From NCBI GenBank assembly GCA_965197905.1, contig CBDAOB010000005.1, positions 1,888,001 to 1,952,000 on the forward strand: a DNA stretch of 64,000 nucleotides, given 5' to 3'. The notes below the pieces were generated by a model. That model was not told where the DNA came from. It saw only the letters and a list, made by a program, of their open reading frames with translations, and ran no database searches. Below are positions 40,925 through 51,133 of the stretch, in pieces. A program made the translations under genes and the position numbers. The DNA is from Candidatus Latescibacterota bacterium (GTDB taxonomy: Bacteria > Latescibacterota > UBA2968 > UBA8231). The first letter of the stretch is position 1; the number at the start of each line of letters is the position of its first letter.

Positions 40925-42301
40925 TCAGTTGAGAAGTGCTTCTGCTATATGCTCTAGCTCCATGCCTCGTGACCCTTTGATGAGCACCAAGTCCGCATCG
41001 CCGAGGCAACCCGACAGGGAATCTCGCAACTCCAAGCGCGAACCGAAATGGCGCACGTTGGCGGGCTCCATTCCCGATTCCAAAGCCGCTGCGATGGTCT
41101 GACGCGTCATCTGGCCTGTACAAAACAACATGTCGATACCGATTTCCGCGACAAAGCGGCCGATGTCGGCGTGGAGCTCAGCACTTTGACTTCCCAATTC
41201 GAGCATATCGCCCAGCACCGCTATCTTACGCCCAGTCGACCCCATGTCACGCAGTAGTGTCAATGCCGCACGCATCGACTCCGGATTGGCGTTGTAGCTG
41301 TCGTTTATGATCCGCTTCTCCCCCTTGCGAAGGACCTGGGTACGCATGTCTACATGATTAAAGGCGCCAATCGCTGCGCCAATATCATCCCAATCGACCC
41401 CGAATTCCCGGCCGAGCGCCGCAGCAACCAGCGCATTGTAGACGTTGTGCCGCCCCGCAACCCCCACCTCGATATCGTAGTTCTGTAGAGAGAAGTGGCC
41501 GCGGCCCTCCCGGTCAAGGATGAGTCCCTCCCCACGAAATTGGCTCTCACGATCGATGCTGAAGCCAAGGAGTCTCCCCTTTGTCCTCATAGCCTCCCCG
41601 GCCGCGACACAGTCATCAACGTTTACGAGAGTCAACGAAGACTCATCCAGATAATCCAGGAGCTCCCCTTTGGCTTTGGCCACTCCCTCTACAGATTCAA
41701 AGAACTCCAAATGCGCTCTGCCAATGTTCAGCAGCACACCCACCGTGGGCTGTGCGAGGGAGCAAAGGTAGGCGATATCGCCAAATTTCCTCGTTCCCAG
41801 CTCAAGAACAGCCACCTCGTGATGTTCTGAGAGGCGCAGCAGTGCCGTTGGAATCCCGATTTCATTGTTTTCGTTGTCAACCGATTTGAGCACGCAGTAA
41901 CGTCTACCGAGTACTGCTGCGGCGAGCTCCTTTGCGGTCGTCTTTCCAGAACTTCCAACGATCGCAATGATCGGAATGTCAAACCGCTTGCGATAGTTGC
42001 GAGCCAGCGCTCCCAGTGCGTGCAAAACCGAATCCACGACAAACAACGGGCCAGAAGCAGTGCCACCATCTCGCTGTTGCCATTGGCGTTCAACAACAGC
42101 GGCAACAGCCCCGTTGGCGAACGCTTTCTCGACGTACTCGTGGCCATCGAATCTCGGTCCTTGCAGAGCGAGAAACAGATCGCCATTCGCTATGGTTCTC
42201 GTATCACTGGAAATTCCGGCAGGTTGCCGCCCTGAGTCAAAGATACCAACAAGCTCAGCTTCCGTCCACTGGAGAATTTGTTCAAATGACACTCCATTCA
42301 C
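40925..42301 (-). CDS. murF: UDP-MurNAc-tripeptide--D-Ala-D-Ala ligase
   Basis: DTR, GSSGKTTAKE, NNEIG, NDSYNANPESM, LGDMLELG, KGSRG. Confidence 0.96.
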   Translation of the reverse strand: MNGVSFEQILQWTEAELVGIFDSGRQPAGISSDTRTIANGDLFLALQGPRFDGHEYVEKAFANGAVAAVVERQWQQRDGGTASGPLFVVDSVLHALGALARNYRKRFDIPIIAIVGSSGKTTAKELAAAVLGRRYCVLKSVDNENNEIGIPTALLRLSEHHEVAVLELGTRKFGDIAYLCSLAQPTVGVLLNIGRAHLEFFESVEGVAKAKGELLDYLDESSLTLVNVDDCVAAGEAMRTKGRLLGFSIDRESQFRGEGLILDREGRGHFSLQNYDIEVGVAGRHNVYNALVAAALGREFGVDWDDIGAAIGAFNHVDMRTQVLRKGEKRIINDSYNANPESMRAALTLLRDMGSTGRKIAVLGDMLELGSQSAELHADIGRFVAEIGIDMLFCTGQMTRQTIAAALESGMEPANVRHFGSRLELRDSLSGCLGDADLVLIKGSRGMELEHIAEALLN

Positions 42302-43812
42302 GTCGCGTGAACCTCCGCCGAGTCGTTGCCAAAACCTAACTCGCGAAGGGTCGACCTGACCACCTGTCGATCGTCAAAGGCGAGAACCTGCTCACCAACG
42401 ATCTGCTCCGCCTCGTGGCCTTTTCCGGCGACAATAACCAGATCTCCCTCACCCGCCTCCGCCAGGGCCTCACGCACCGCTTCCAATCGGTCAGAGCGTC
42501 TGACCACGTCGAAGTCAGCAGCTATACCGGTGATTATCTCATCAATGATGTCGTCAGGACTTTCGGATCGCGGATTGTCCGAGGTCACGTAGACTTTGTC
42601 AGCCAAGGCCGACGCGATACGGCCCATTTGAGGCCGCTTGCCCCGGTCCCGATCACCCCCACACCCAAATACACACAAGATTCTGCCTGCGGTCAGACCG
42701 CGCCCCGCCTTCAACACTCTCTCCAACGCATCCGGCGTGTGGGCGTAGTCGACAATCACGGTAAAATCCTGACCAAGTTCGATTCGCTCGAACCGCCCCG
42801 GAATGTTGTCGACCGCCTCTATCCCCGTGCAAATCTGCTCCAGTTCCAACCCTAGCGCAACGCCAGTCGCGAGAGCCGCCATTACGTTATAGCAATTGAA
42901 GTAACCCGTCAATCGAGCATTCAGGGTAGTGTTTCCCAGAGGTGTCTCCAGCTCGATTCGCGTTCCCCGTTCGGAAAGATCAGTGTCGACGACCCGCACA
43001 TCAGCGTCGTCACCGTAACCGTATTTGACCGCAGGAACATTCAGGTCATCCAGTATGAGGCTCGCCGTGGGATCGTCCGAATTGATGGCAGCTCGGCCGT
43101 TCGCGAATTCCGGTCGATCTTGGAACAGTCGAAGTTTCGCCGCCAGATATTGCCCTTCGGTTTCATGAAAGTCGAGATGGTCGCGCGTAAAGTTAGTAAA
43201 CACCGCGACGTCGAAATGGAGGCCGGCAACGCGGTCCAAAGCCAGGGCGTGGCTTGAGACCTCCAGTACCGCGGCACGTTTACCGGCAGCGACCATCCGA
43301 TAGAGCAACTCCTGAAGCTCGGCAGATTCGGGTGTGGTGTTGCGTCCCCTTTCGATCTCCTCGTCGATCTGGTAACCGAGCGTACCGATGTAACCGCACC
43401 TCTCACCGGCGCGCTCAAGGACGCTGCGCACAATGAGCGCTGTGGTAGTTTTACCATTTGTACCGGTAATCCCCACAAGTCGCAGAGACCGATCCGGATA
43501 TCCGAAATAACGGCCCGCCAGGCGTGCCAAGGCCGATCGGCAGTTGTCGACCAGGATAAGTGGCGTGTCGCCGGTGGGAACATTACGTTCGGCAACGATC
43601 GCACTTGCGCCTCGCGCCAGCACCTGGGGGATGAACTCGTGACGGTCCGCTTCCTCACCGCCATTTATAGCTACGAAGAGATCGCCCGCTTCCACTCGAC
43701 GGGAGTCGCATTCAATCTTCCCCACATATGCTGGCGGTTCCCCGATGACTTCGGCAGCGGGCAGGACCTGAAGCAGGTCGCCGAAGGAGCACTTTTCCAG
43801 CGTCGTCACCAT
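42298..43812 (-). CDS. murE: UDP-MurNAc-dipeptide--meso-DAP ligase
   Basis: GTNGKTT, EVSSHAL, DHLDFH, DYAHTPD, DNPR (DAP specificity), AGKGHE. Confidence 0.96.
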   Translation of the reverse strand: MVTTLEKCSFGDLLQVLPAAEVIGEPPAYVGKIECDSRRVEAGDLFVAINGGEEADRHEFIPQVLARGASAIVAERNVPTGDTPLILVDNCRSALARLAGRYFGYPDRSLRLVGITGTNGKTTTALIVRSVLERAGERCGYIGTLGYQIDEEIERGRNTTPESAELQELLYRMVAAGKRAAVLEVSSHALALDRVAGLHFDVAVFTNFTRDHLDFHETEGQYLAAKLRLFQDRPEFANGRAAINSDDPTASLILDDLNVPAVKYGYGDDADVRVVDTDLSERGTRIELETPLGNTTLNARLTGYFNCYNVMAALATGVALGLELEQICTGIEAVDNIPGRFERIELGQDFTVIVDYAHTPDALERVLKAGRGLTAGRILCVFGCGGDRDRGKRPQMGRIASALADKVYVTSDNPRSESPDDIIDEIITGIAADFDVVRRSDRLEAVREALAEAGEGDLVIVAGKGHEAEQIVGEQVLAFDDRQVVRSTLRELGFGNDSAEVHAT

Positions 43813-45797
43813 TATAGCCTTTTGATCGCCGATGTCCTGGTTAGGCTGTACAACAACGCGGCTTGCCGACTCGGGGTGGTGTCGTTCAACACTATTCCCG
43901 GTCCAGGCGAGCCCAGTTGGCATAGAATCGTCTTCACCGCGGTCAGCGACGTCCCCGCCGCGGGTTCTTGGCGGACGACGAGCTCTCCCTTGCCGGAAAA
44001 TATGACCGGCGTTCCCCGCAATCCAGCCTGGTATTTCGCAACGCTGCGGCGCATACCACGTAGATCCGGAGCCCTGGGGCCGCCGGTTTGGCTAACGTCA
44101 AAGTTTGCGGCGAGGTCGTGATCGTCCGATTGATAGATGATACGCTCAATTACCCTTTTGAAGACGGGAGCCGCGATCGTGCCGCCCCAACCTTCCTCAC
44201 CCGGGTTTGTCACCGCGATGAGGCAGAGAAACTGCGGATTTTCCGCTGGGGCGAAGCCGACGAAGGAAGCGACCGTGCGGTCCGGGTCGTATCCGGCGCC
44301 GTCCCCGGCCGCTTGTTGAGCCGTCCCCGTCTTGCCTGCCACCTGGACGCCCTCAATGGAAGCTCGATGGCCCGTTCCGCGGCTCACGACGGCAGACAAC
44401 ATCGCCTTGACCTTGGAGGCTGTCTTCTTCGAGATAACCCGGCGGATCCGGCGGGGCTGCATCTGTTCGACTACCGTTCCCTCAGCATCGAGGACCGATC
44501 TGAGGATCTGCGGCGACATCAGGTCACCCCCGTTCGCCACGGCGCCAAACGCCTGCGCCAGCTGCAGGGCGGTTACTCCGATCTCCTGCCCAATGGCGAT
44601 GGTCTCCAGCGAGCGCTCGGACCATTTCCCCACGTGCTGCAGGATACCGGCGCTCTCGGCCGGCAAATCGATCCCACTTCTGGTACCAAAACCGAAGTTT
44701 CTGATGAACTCGTAAAGCCTCTTGGGTTTCAATCGTCTTGCGATCTTGATAGTTCCTATGTTGCTCGAGCGCTCGATGACCTGCGCGAAGGTCAGCATGT
44801 CATACGGAGCATGATCGCGGATAATGTCGCCGTTTTCCAACTCCAGCTCCCCGCGATCGCAGAAAATCTGCTCGTCGAGCTGCCCCAGCTCATCCTCCAG
44901 AACTGCCGCCGTGGCGATGATCTTGAAAGTGGATCCAGGCTCGAACGAATCCGTTACAACCCGATTCCGCCGCATGGTCGCCCCGACACCGCCGGCATGG
45001 TTGGGGTCGTAACGCGGCACGTTCGCCATGGCGAGCACGGCGCCGGTCTCCGGTTCCGTTATGATTCCCATGGCCGATTCAGCACCCGCCTGCTCAACCG
45101 ACCTGATCAGCTCCTCTTCGAGAATGCTCTGGAATTCAGCATCGATGGTAAGGACGACTGACTGGCCTTCGCGAGGAGTCGAATGTTCGCGCAGAAGACC
45201 GGGCACCCGTTGGCCGAAAGCGTCCACGAAACAGAGGGCCAGTCCGTTTTCCTCGCTCAGGTCGCCGTTGAACGACCGTTCAACCCCCTCACTCCCCATG
45301 TTGTCGATGTCGGTGTATCCCACGAGCTGCCCGCCCAGAGGTCCGTAGGGGTAGTACCGGCGAGTCTCCCGGTTCTCGAAGACGCCCGCGAATGCTTTCT
45401 GCCGGATTCGAGACGCGGCGGAATCGTCGAGCTGGCGAGCCAGATAGACAAACCGTCGGCCGCTTCTTAGCTGATTTCTGAGATGGTCGCCATCGTAGCT
45501 GGAATAGGCGGCAAAGTGGCTGGCAACCTCTTCGGGATTTCGCAGCAGCTTGGGATCAGCATAGAATGAGACCGAGTTGACATCGACGGCGAGCTCCCGT
45601 CCATTCCGGTCGTATATGGCGCCACGATTTGCCTTCAAATCGATCGTCCGCTGGTGCTGCTCCTTCGCCCGCGACGCAAACTGGGAATACTGCAACGCCT
45701 GAACCTGCACCAGGCGGCCCGCGAGCACCAACCACAGGACCCCGCCAATCCACATCAGGGTATCCAAACGGCGGTGATTTTTTTCGCCTTGCGGCAT
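43812..45797 (-). CDS. ftsI: Class B penicillin-binding protein with C-terminal PASTA-like domain
   Basis: RG-x-I-x-DRNG, EPGSTFK (SxxK), SSN, KTGT. Confidence 0.93.
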   Translation of the reverse strand: MPQGEKNHRRLDTLMWIGGVLWLVLAGRLVQVQALQYSQFASRAKEQHQRTIDLKANRGAIYDRNGRELAVDVNSVSFYADPKLLRNPEEVASHFAAYSSYDGDHLRNQLRSGRRFVYLARQLDDSAASRIRQKAFAGVFENRETRRYYPYGPLGGQLVGYTDIDNMGSEGVERSFNGDLSEENGLALCFVDAFGQRVPGLLREHSTPREGQSVVLTIDAEFQSILEEELIRSVEQAGAESAMGIITEPETGAVLAMANVPRYDPNHAGGVGATMRRNRVVTDSFEPGSTFKIIATAAVLEDELGQLDEQIFCDRGELELENGDIIRDHAPYDMLTFAQVIERSSNIGTIKIARRLKPKRLYEFIRNFGFGTRSGIDLPAESAGILQHVGKWSERSLETIAIGQEIGVTALQLAQAFGAVANGGDLMSPQILRSVLDAEGTVVEQMQPRRIRRVISKKTASKVKAMLSAVVSRGTGHRASIEGVQVAGKTGTAQQAAGDGAGYDPDRTVASFVGFAPAENPQFLCLIAVTNPGEEGWGGTIAAPVFKRVIERIIYQSDDHDLAANFDVSQTGGPRAPDLRGMRRSVAKYQAGLRGTPVIFSGKGELVVRQEPAAGTSLTAVKTILCQLGSPGPGIVLNDTTPSRQAALLYSLTRTSAIKRL

Positions 45798-46108
45798 TAT
45801 CTGCGATTCTGTGGTTCAGATGGGTGGTAAAACGCGACGATCAGGTGCGCCAACCGACCTTTCGGGAGGCTCATTCCGAGCTGGCCCTTGGCGATACGCT
45901 TGACGACTCCCTCTTTCTTCTTTTGCACCACGGTAGCCGTGAGCCGCGAACGCTCCCGCTCGAGGTCGGTGACCAATTGGTGCAATTCTCTGAGCTTTCC
46001 CGTTCGCTGATTGATCTCCACTTTTTGCCAAAGGTAGAGCGTAGTCATTGTAGCAGCGCACACGACCAAGGCAATGAACTTCAAGTAGGCGGCTCTGGTT
46101 ACAAGCAT
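45797..46108 (-). CDS. ftsL: Cell division protein FtsL-like
   Basis: TM plus coiled coil plus A...LGM; lies between rsmH and ftsI. Confidence 0.7.
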   Translation of the reverse strand: MLVTRAAYLKFIALVVCAATMTTLYLWQKVEINQRTGKLRELHQLVTDLERERSRLTATVVQKKKEGVVKRIAKGQLGMSLPKGRLAHLIVAFYHPSEPQNRR

Positions 46109-46139
46109 CGCATTCTTCTAGGTCCGCTAGCAGGCAGCG

Positions 46140-47063
46140 TCAAACGCGCTCGAAAACGCGCATGATAGCGCTGCGAGCTCGCGGATTTCGTTGGATTTCC
46201 TCGGACTGCGGGCGGCAACGGAGAATCTTCGAAAACTCCGGTTTTTGACCGCACACGCAGACGGGCAGCCGCGGCGGACAAATACAGCCTTTGACCAGGG
46301 GTTGGAAAAACGACTTGACCAGACGGTCTTCGAGGGAATGGTAGGCGATGACGGCGACCCTCCCTCTTGTTGCCAGCAGCTGGGTTGACGCAGACAGGCC
46401 AAGCTCCAGTTCCTGCAGTTCCTCGTTGACCCATATGCGAAACGCCTGGAAAACCCGAGCAACGGTCTTCGTCGGCATTTTGGGTGAGGTAGCTTCCACC
46501 GCCTGACGGAGATCTGAGGTTGTTCTGACGGGACTCTTTCTGCCGTGCGCGCATATCGATCTGGCTATCTTCTTCGCCCCTCGTTCCTCTCCAAACTCCT
46601 TTATGATAGCTGCCAATCTCAACTCGGAAGCGCCTGCTATCAGCTCTGCGGCCGTTTGGCCGGAACCCGGATTCATACGCATGTCCAGCGGCCCGTCCGT
46701 TTGGTAGCTGAAACCGCGGTGAGCCGTGTCGATTTGATAGGAAGACATGCCCAGGTCGAACAGTATTCCGTCCAGTTGCGGCCATTCTCCCTCTGTGGCC
46801 AATTGCACCAGATGCGAAAACCTTTCGGAAAAGGTTCTGATGCGATCGGAATCGGCGGTTGCCGCCGCGGTCTGGGACACCGCCTCGTTGTCCCGGTCCA
46901 CGGCGTACAACCTGCCCGCGGGAGCAAGTGCTCCCAAAATCGCGCTGCAATGTCCCCCTCCTCCCGAGGTGGCATCCAAGTAGGCTCCCGAGCTGGTTGT
47001 TACCAGCCAATCCACAACCTCTTCTGCAAGTACAGGAACGTGATAGGCCACGGTCTCGCTCAA
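46140..47063 (-). CDS. rsmH: 16S rRNA m4C1402 methyltransferase
   Basis: HVPVL, DLG-x-SS-x-Q, PLDMRM, FQA-x-RI-x-VN, HSLEDR, NPRARSA. Confidence 0.97.
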   Translation of the reverse strand: MSETVAYHVPVLAEEVVDWLVTTSSGAYLDATSGGGGHCSAILGALAPAGRLYAVDRDNEAVSQTAAATADSDRIRTFSERFSHLVQLATEGEWPQLDGILFDLGMSSYQIDTAHRGFSYQTDGPLDMRMNPGSGQTAAELIAGASELRLAAIIKEFGEERGAKKIARSICAHGRKSPVRTTSDLRQAVEATSPKMPTKTVARVFQAFRIWVNEELQELELGLSASTQLLATRGRVAVIAYHSLEDRLVKSFFQPLVKGCICPPRLPVCVCGQKPEFSKILRCRPQSEEIQRNPRARSAIMRVFERV

Positions 47064-47500
47064 AGCGCCAGTTGTTCCGCGACCTCCTCCAGCGCCGGGT
47101 CAGCCTCTTCCATGAATTGAACCCATTCCGCAGGGTTCCAGAATTCGAGCTTGTCCAGAGCTCCTATTACGATCATGCGGTCACTAATGCCTACCCTCTC
47201 CAACAGCTTCCTCGGGATGTTGGCGCGCCCCTGCCGATCCAGCCGGGCTTCCGCGGCCTGAGAAAGCACGCCACGAACGAAAAGGCGAACCTTGCGGTCG
47301 GTCTGGGGAAGCTCCAGCATCTTCCGGGCGGTCGATTCCCACGTGCTCTGAGGATAGGCGGAAAGGCAACGGTCGTAACCGCGCACGACCACCAGGGTGT
47401 CACCCGCTTCACTTGGGAGTTTGCGGCGGAACTCCGCTGGGACAAAAATCCTCCCTTTTTCATCCACGGGAACTTCGTGCTCACCCAGAAACTGGGTCAT
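47060..47500 (-). CDS. mraZ: dcw cluster transcriptional repressor MraZ
   Basis: Two D-x-x-GR motifs (DEKGR, DRQGR); first gene of the dcw cluster. Confidence 0.96.
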   Translation of the reverse strand: MTQFLGEHEVPVDEKGRIFVPAEFRRKLPSEAGDTLVVVRGYDRCLSAYPQSTWESTARKMLELPQTDRKVRLFVRGVLSQAAEARLDRQGRANIPRKLLERVGISDRMIVIGALDKLEFWNPAEWVQFMEEADPALEEVAEQLAL

Positions 47501-47510
47501 CTTGCGACGT

Positions 47511-47570
47511 TACCCCCACTATTTTCCATTTTCATCCATCAAACGCCATTTTACACCATTTTCCACCACA
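47511..47570 (-). repeat. Six (A/G)TGG boxes with exact 10-bp period: probable MraZ operator
   Basis: Minus strand GTGGtggaaa ATGGtgtaaa ATGGcgtttg ATGGatgaaa ATGGaaaata GTGGgggtaa, between the promoter and the mraZ start. Confidence 0.8.
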
Positions 47571-47573
47571 ATC

Positions 47574-47606
47574 ATTATAATAGATTTTTCTGTGGCTACT
47601 TGTCAA
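47574..47606 (-). promoter_or_regulatory. Sigma70-type dcw promoter
   Basis: TTGACA (47601-06), 18 nt spacer, TATTAT, with an overlapping TATAAT at 47574-79. Confidence 0.7.
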
Positions 47607-47690
47607 GAAAAAACTCGACGGAGAGAATTTTCGGCCGAGAAAACTGCTCATTTGCATAGATGTTCTGGCGCCGGAATCAACGGAGGTGGG

Positions 47691-48296
47691 TTACCTGCTT
47701 GATTTCGCGAACACCCGTCTGTGAATCGGTTTGCCCAGGGCGAGGTATTTGGTCTCGTAGTTCGTGGCTATCTCTGGCCAGAGGTCATGGACCTCCGCCA
47801 AGTCTTTCGAGGCCTCGGTGGCGGCAATCATGACCTCGAAATATTCGAGATGATCTGTCGCCAGCCACAGCTTTCCATCTTCTGCAAGGGTTCGCTCCAC
47901 TTCAGCCACAAATGGAGGGTCCAGGAGCCGCCGTTTGTGGTGTCGTTTCTTGGGCCACGGATCGGGGAAATAGATGTGGTAGGCGGCGATGGATGATGCG
48001 GGGACGAAGAATTCGACGAACTCCTTCGCGTCGGTGCACACGAAACGAACGTTGCCCAATCCGCGCTTCAGGCTGCGATCCCGGGCGATCCGCAGATATT
48101 TGGAAGCCCATTCAATGCCTAAAAAATTCACCGCGGGGAATCTCTGCGCCGACTCTATCAGGAATCGTCCCTTGCCTATTCCGATTTCGACCTGCACGGG
48201 ATTCCCGTTGCCGAACACCTGGTCCCAACTCAGAAAGGTTTCCAGGTCTTCGGAGTCATCTAGCTGTAAGAGAAGATCGTCAGGGTGGATTGCCAT
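47691..48296 (-). CDS. trmB: tRNA (guanine-N7)-methyltransferase
   Basis: EIG-x-G-x-G, FPDPWPKKRHHKRR, ATD, TNYE. Confidence 0.95.
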   Translation of the reverse strand: MAIHPDDLLLQLDDSEDLETFLSWDQVFGNGNPVQVEIGIGKGRFLIESAQRFPAVNFLGIEWASKYLRIARDRSLKRGLGNVRFVCTDAKEFVEFFVPASSIAAYHIYFPDPWPKKRHHKRRLLDPPFVAEVERTLAEDGKLWLATDHLEYFEVMIAATEASKDLAEVHDLWPEIATNYETKYLALGKPIHRRVFAKSSR

Positions 48297-48359
48297 GAAA
48301 CAAAAAACGGACGCCGACCTTATGGATCAGCGTCCGCACTCGTCAATAGATGCTCAGCC

Positions 48360-49553
48360 TCAGCCGGCGGCTTCGCTCTCGATGGAAGGCAGACCGCAAA
48401 ATTGCTCGTAATCGATCAGCTCGGTAATGGTGGGAACTTCCCCACACACGGGGCATTCCGGATTGCGTCGCAACTTCAACGTGCGAAACTTCATTTCCAG
48501 GGCGTCGTACAGCACCATGCGACCGATCAGCGGTTCGCCAATGCCGGCGAGCAACTTCACCACCTCGGTCGCCTGGAGAACGCCAACCATCCCAGGCAGC
48601 ACGCCAAGCACTCCGCCTTCAGCGCAACTCGGAACCTCGCCGGGAGGCGGCGGCTCGGGATAAAGGCACCGATAGCAAGGACCCTCGCCAGGAAGGTAGA
48701 CCGTGGACTGCCCCTCAAAGCGGAATATACTCCCGTCCACCACCGGTTTTCCAGCGAGAACGGCGGCATCGTTGACCAGATACCGGGTCGGGAAGTTGTC
48801 ACAACCGTTCACTATGATGTCGTAGTCCGCAATCAGATCCATCGCGTTGTGCGAGGTCAGCAACTCAAAATGCGTGCGTACGGAAATCCCGGAATTCATC
48901 GCCTCGAGCTTCTCTTTCGCCGCTTCGACCTTCGGCCGCCCCACATCTGCCTCCGAAAAGAGCACCTGCCGCTGCAGATTCGACTTGTCTACCACGTCGG
49001 CATCCACCAGACCGATCTCGCCTACGCCCGCCGCAGCCAGGTAGAGGGCAGCGGGACAACCTAGCCCTCCAGAGCCTACAAGCAACACCTTGCCTTTCAA
49101 CAGCTTCTGCTGTCCTGCCTCACCCACTTCAGGAAGTATTAGATGGCGGGAATATCGGCGCATGTCATCTTCCGAAAGGAGCCCATCCTGTTCGATGGGA
49201 AACCCCGCATCCTTCCAGGCCTTGAAGCCGCCCGTCATGGAGCTCACCCGGGTATACCCCATCTCCATCAAATCCCGCGCAGCCAGGGCGGATCGGTTGC
49301 CGCCGGCACAATAAAGCACGATCGGCGCGTCCCGATCTATCGTGACGTCATCTTCAATATTGAGCTCCAGGAAACCACGGGGAATCAGCTCGGCCGCGGG
49401 AATGTAGCCGTCCAGGACCTCGTCTCTTTCCCTCACGTCGATGAGATGCAGGCGGTCTCCAGCATGTATTTCCCGGTTAACCTGGTCGGCTGAGACCTCC
49501 GCGATCTCCTGTTTGACCTTGTCGAGCAACTGGCTTGATGTTAAACGCATCAA
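48360..49553 (-). CDS. moeB: MoeB/ThiF adenylyltransferase with N-terminal rhodanese domain
   Basis: Rhodanese DVRE...YCAGGNRS; ThiF RYSRH, GSGGLG, SNLQRQ, CYRC, PSCAEGG, CPVC. Confidence 0.92.
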   Translation of the reverse strand: MMRLTSSQLLDKVKQEIAEVSADQVNREIHAGDRLHLIDVRERDEVLDGYIPAAELIPRGFLELNIEDDVTIDRDAPIVLYCAGGNRSALAARDLMEMGYTRVSSMTGGFKAWKDAGFPIEQDGLLSEDDMRRYSRHLILPEVGEAGQQKLLKGKVLLVGSGGLGCPAALYLAAAGVGEIGLVDADVVDKSNLQRQVLFSEADVGRPKVEAAKEKLEAMNSGISVRTHFELLTSHNAMDLIADYDIIVNGCDNFPTRYLVNDAAVLAGKPVVDGSIFRFEGQSTVYLPGEGPCYRCLYPEPPPPGEVPSCAEGGVLGVLPGMVGVLQATEVVKLLAGIGEPLIGRMVLYDALEMKFRTLKLRRNPECPVCGEVPTITELIDYEQFCGLPSIESEAAG

Positions 49554-49571
49554 AATCCTCCTGGAACCTTT

Positions 49572-50780
49572 CTAAGTCAGCGACCCTACGGTTTCGTGGG
49601 GCAATTCCCTTGTGGACAGGGAGCCGACCTCACGTATCCGATCTACTCTTCGGGCGATACAGCTTGCGGCAAAATCGATCTCGTCTTGCGTGTTGAAGCG
49701 ACCGATGCCGATACGCAACGAAGCGGTCGCGGCTTTGTCCGACCTACCCATAGCCTTGAGGACGTGGGAGGGTTCGTTCCCTCCTGAACTGCATGCCGCC
49801 GCAGACGCCACGGCCACCTCCTGCATGGCGGGAATCAGTTCGGAACTATCCACGCCGTCGATCTCGAGATTGACGCAACCTGGAATACAACTAGTTGGAT
49901 GCCCGTTCAGTCGAATGGATTCGACCCGCTCTCCGAGCTCCTTGAGCAGTCGCTGTCGCAGCTGTTCCACCATTCGGGTTGCGGCGTCGCGCTCCGCGTG
50001 CAGCAGGCGCGCGGCTTCTCCCAATCCGACGATTCCTGGAACGTTCAACGTTCCCGCTCTGAGCCCGCGCTCGTGACCACCCCCCACCATCTGGGGAACC
50101 AACCTCACCCGGGGATCGCGCGAACGGATGTAGAGGGCTCCGACGCCTTTGGGTCCGTATATCTTGTGAGCAGAGAAGGAGAGCAGATCGGCACCGACAG
50201 CGACGGCCGAAATCGGGATCTTGCCGACGGCTTGGGCGGCATCGCAGTGCCAGATAACGCCGCGTCGTTTCGCCAGAGCACCGATCTCTTCAAATTGCTG
50301 CACGGTCCCCGTCTCGTTATTTGCCGCCATGATCGAAATGAGAATGGGCTGCGTTTCAATCTCTTCGGCCAGGCGATCCAAGTCGACGATGCCGGTTGCG
50401 TCCACGGGCAGGTATACGACCTCGTACCCAGACATCTCCAGCTGGCGCAGACAGTTCAGTACCGAGACATGTTCGGTTTTACAGGAGACGATCTTATTGC
50501 CACGGGGCCGTAGCTGCTCCGCCGCGCCCTTCAGGGCCAGGTTGTTGGACTCGGTGGTGCCGCTGGTAAATACGATTTCCCGCGGGCTGGACGCCCCCAC
50601 GAACTCGGCCACGGCGCTCCGCGCTGCCTCGACCGCCTCTGCCGCTTTGCAGCCGAAGGGGTGTAGCTTGCTTGCGGGATTGCCGAAATGTTCGGTGTAA
50701 AAGGGAAGCATGGCCTCCAAAACCCGTGGATCCATCGGGGTTGTGGCCATGTTGTCCAGGTATACTGGCGAACGTGCCAT
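49572..50780 (-). CDS. iscS: Cysteine desulfurase (IscS/NifS group)
   Basis: YLDNMATTP, FTSGTTESNN, DAAQ, SAHKIYGPKG, RAGTLN, catalytic Cys in SAAACSS. Confidence 0.92.
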   Translation of the reverse strand: MARSPVYLDNMATTPMDPRVLEAMLPFYTEHFGNPASKLHPFGCKAAEAVEAARSAVAEFVGASSPREIVFTSGTTESNNLALKGAAEQLRPRGNKIVSCKTEHVSVLNCLRQLEMSGYEVVYLPVDATGIVDLDRLAEEIETQPILISIMAANNETGTVQQFEEIGALAKRRGVIWHCDAAQAVGKIPISAVAVGADLLSFSAHKIYGPKGVGALYIRSRDPRVRLVPQMVGGGHERGLRAGTLNVPGIVGLGEAARLLHAERDAATRMVEQLRQRLLKELGERVESIRLNGHPTSCIPGCVNLEIDGVDSSELIPAMQEVAVASAAACSSGGNEPSHVLKAMGRSDKAATASLRIGIGRFNTQDEIDFAASCIARRVDRIREVGSLSTRELPHETVGSLT

Positions 50781-50788
50781 CGTTGGAG

Positions 50789-51112
50789 TCAGACGCCGAA
50801 CGACTCCCCGCAACCGCATGTGGTGCGCGCGTTGGGATTCTCGATCTTGAATCCGGCGCCCATCAGCCCGTCGTTGTAGTCCAGGATTACGCCGTTCAGA
50901 TAAAGACAGCTCTTGGGATCGACAAACACCCTGACCCCTTGAGTTTCGATCGTTTGGTCCATCTCAGCGGGTGATTCCTCGAATTCGAGTTTGTACTGGA
51001 ATCCCGAGCAACCGCCACCTACGACAGCGACCCGAAGCCCGTATTCCGGCTGTCCCTGATCGTCGAGCATCGTTTTGATCTTGTTTGCCGCTGAATCCGT
51101 TACGTTGATCAT
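50789..51112 (-). CDS. A-type Fe-S carrier protein (IscA/ErpA/HesB)
   Basis: GGGCSGFQY and C-terminal NPN...CGCGESF. Confidence 0.95.
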   Translation of the reverse strand: MINVTDSAANKIKTMLDDQGQPEYGLRVAVVGGGCSGFQYKLEFEESPAEMDQTIETQGVRVFVDPKSCLYLNGVILDYNDGLMGAGFKIENPNARTTCGCGESFGV

Positions 51113-51133
51113 CGTCTGCTACCTCTTGTATGG

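Noticed and set aside
47511..47570. CRISPR or tandem repeat
   Set aside because: Only a 3-4 nt core recurs every 10 bp; there are no long repeats with spacers and no cas genes.
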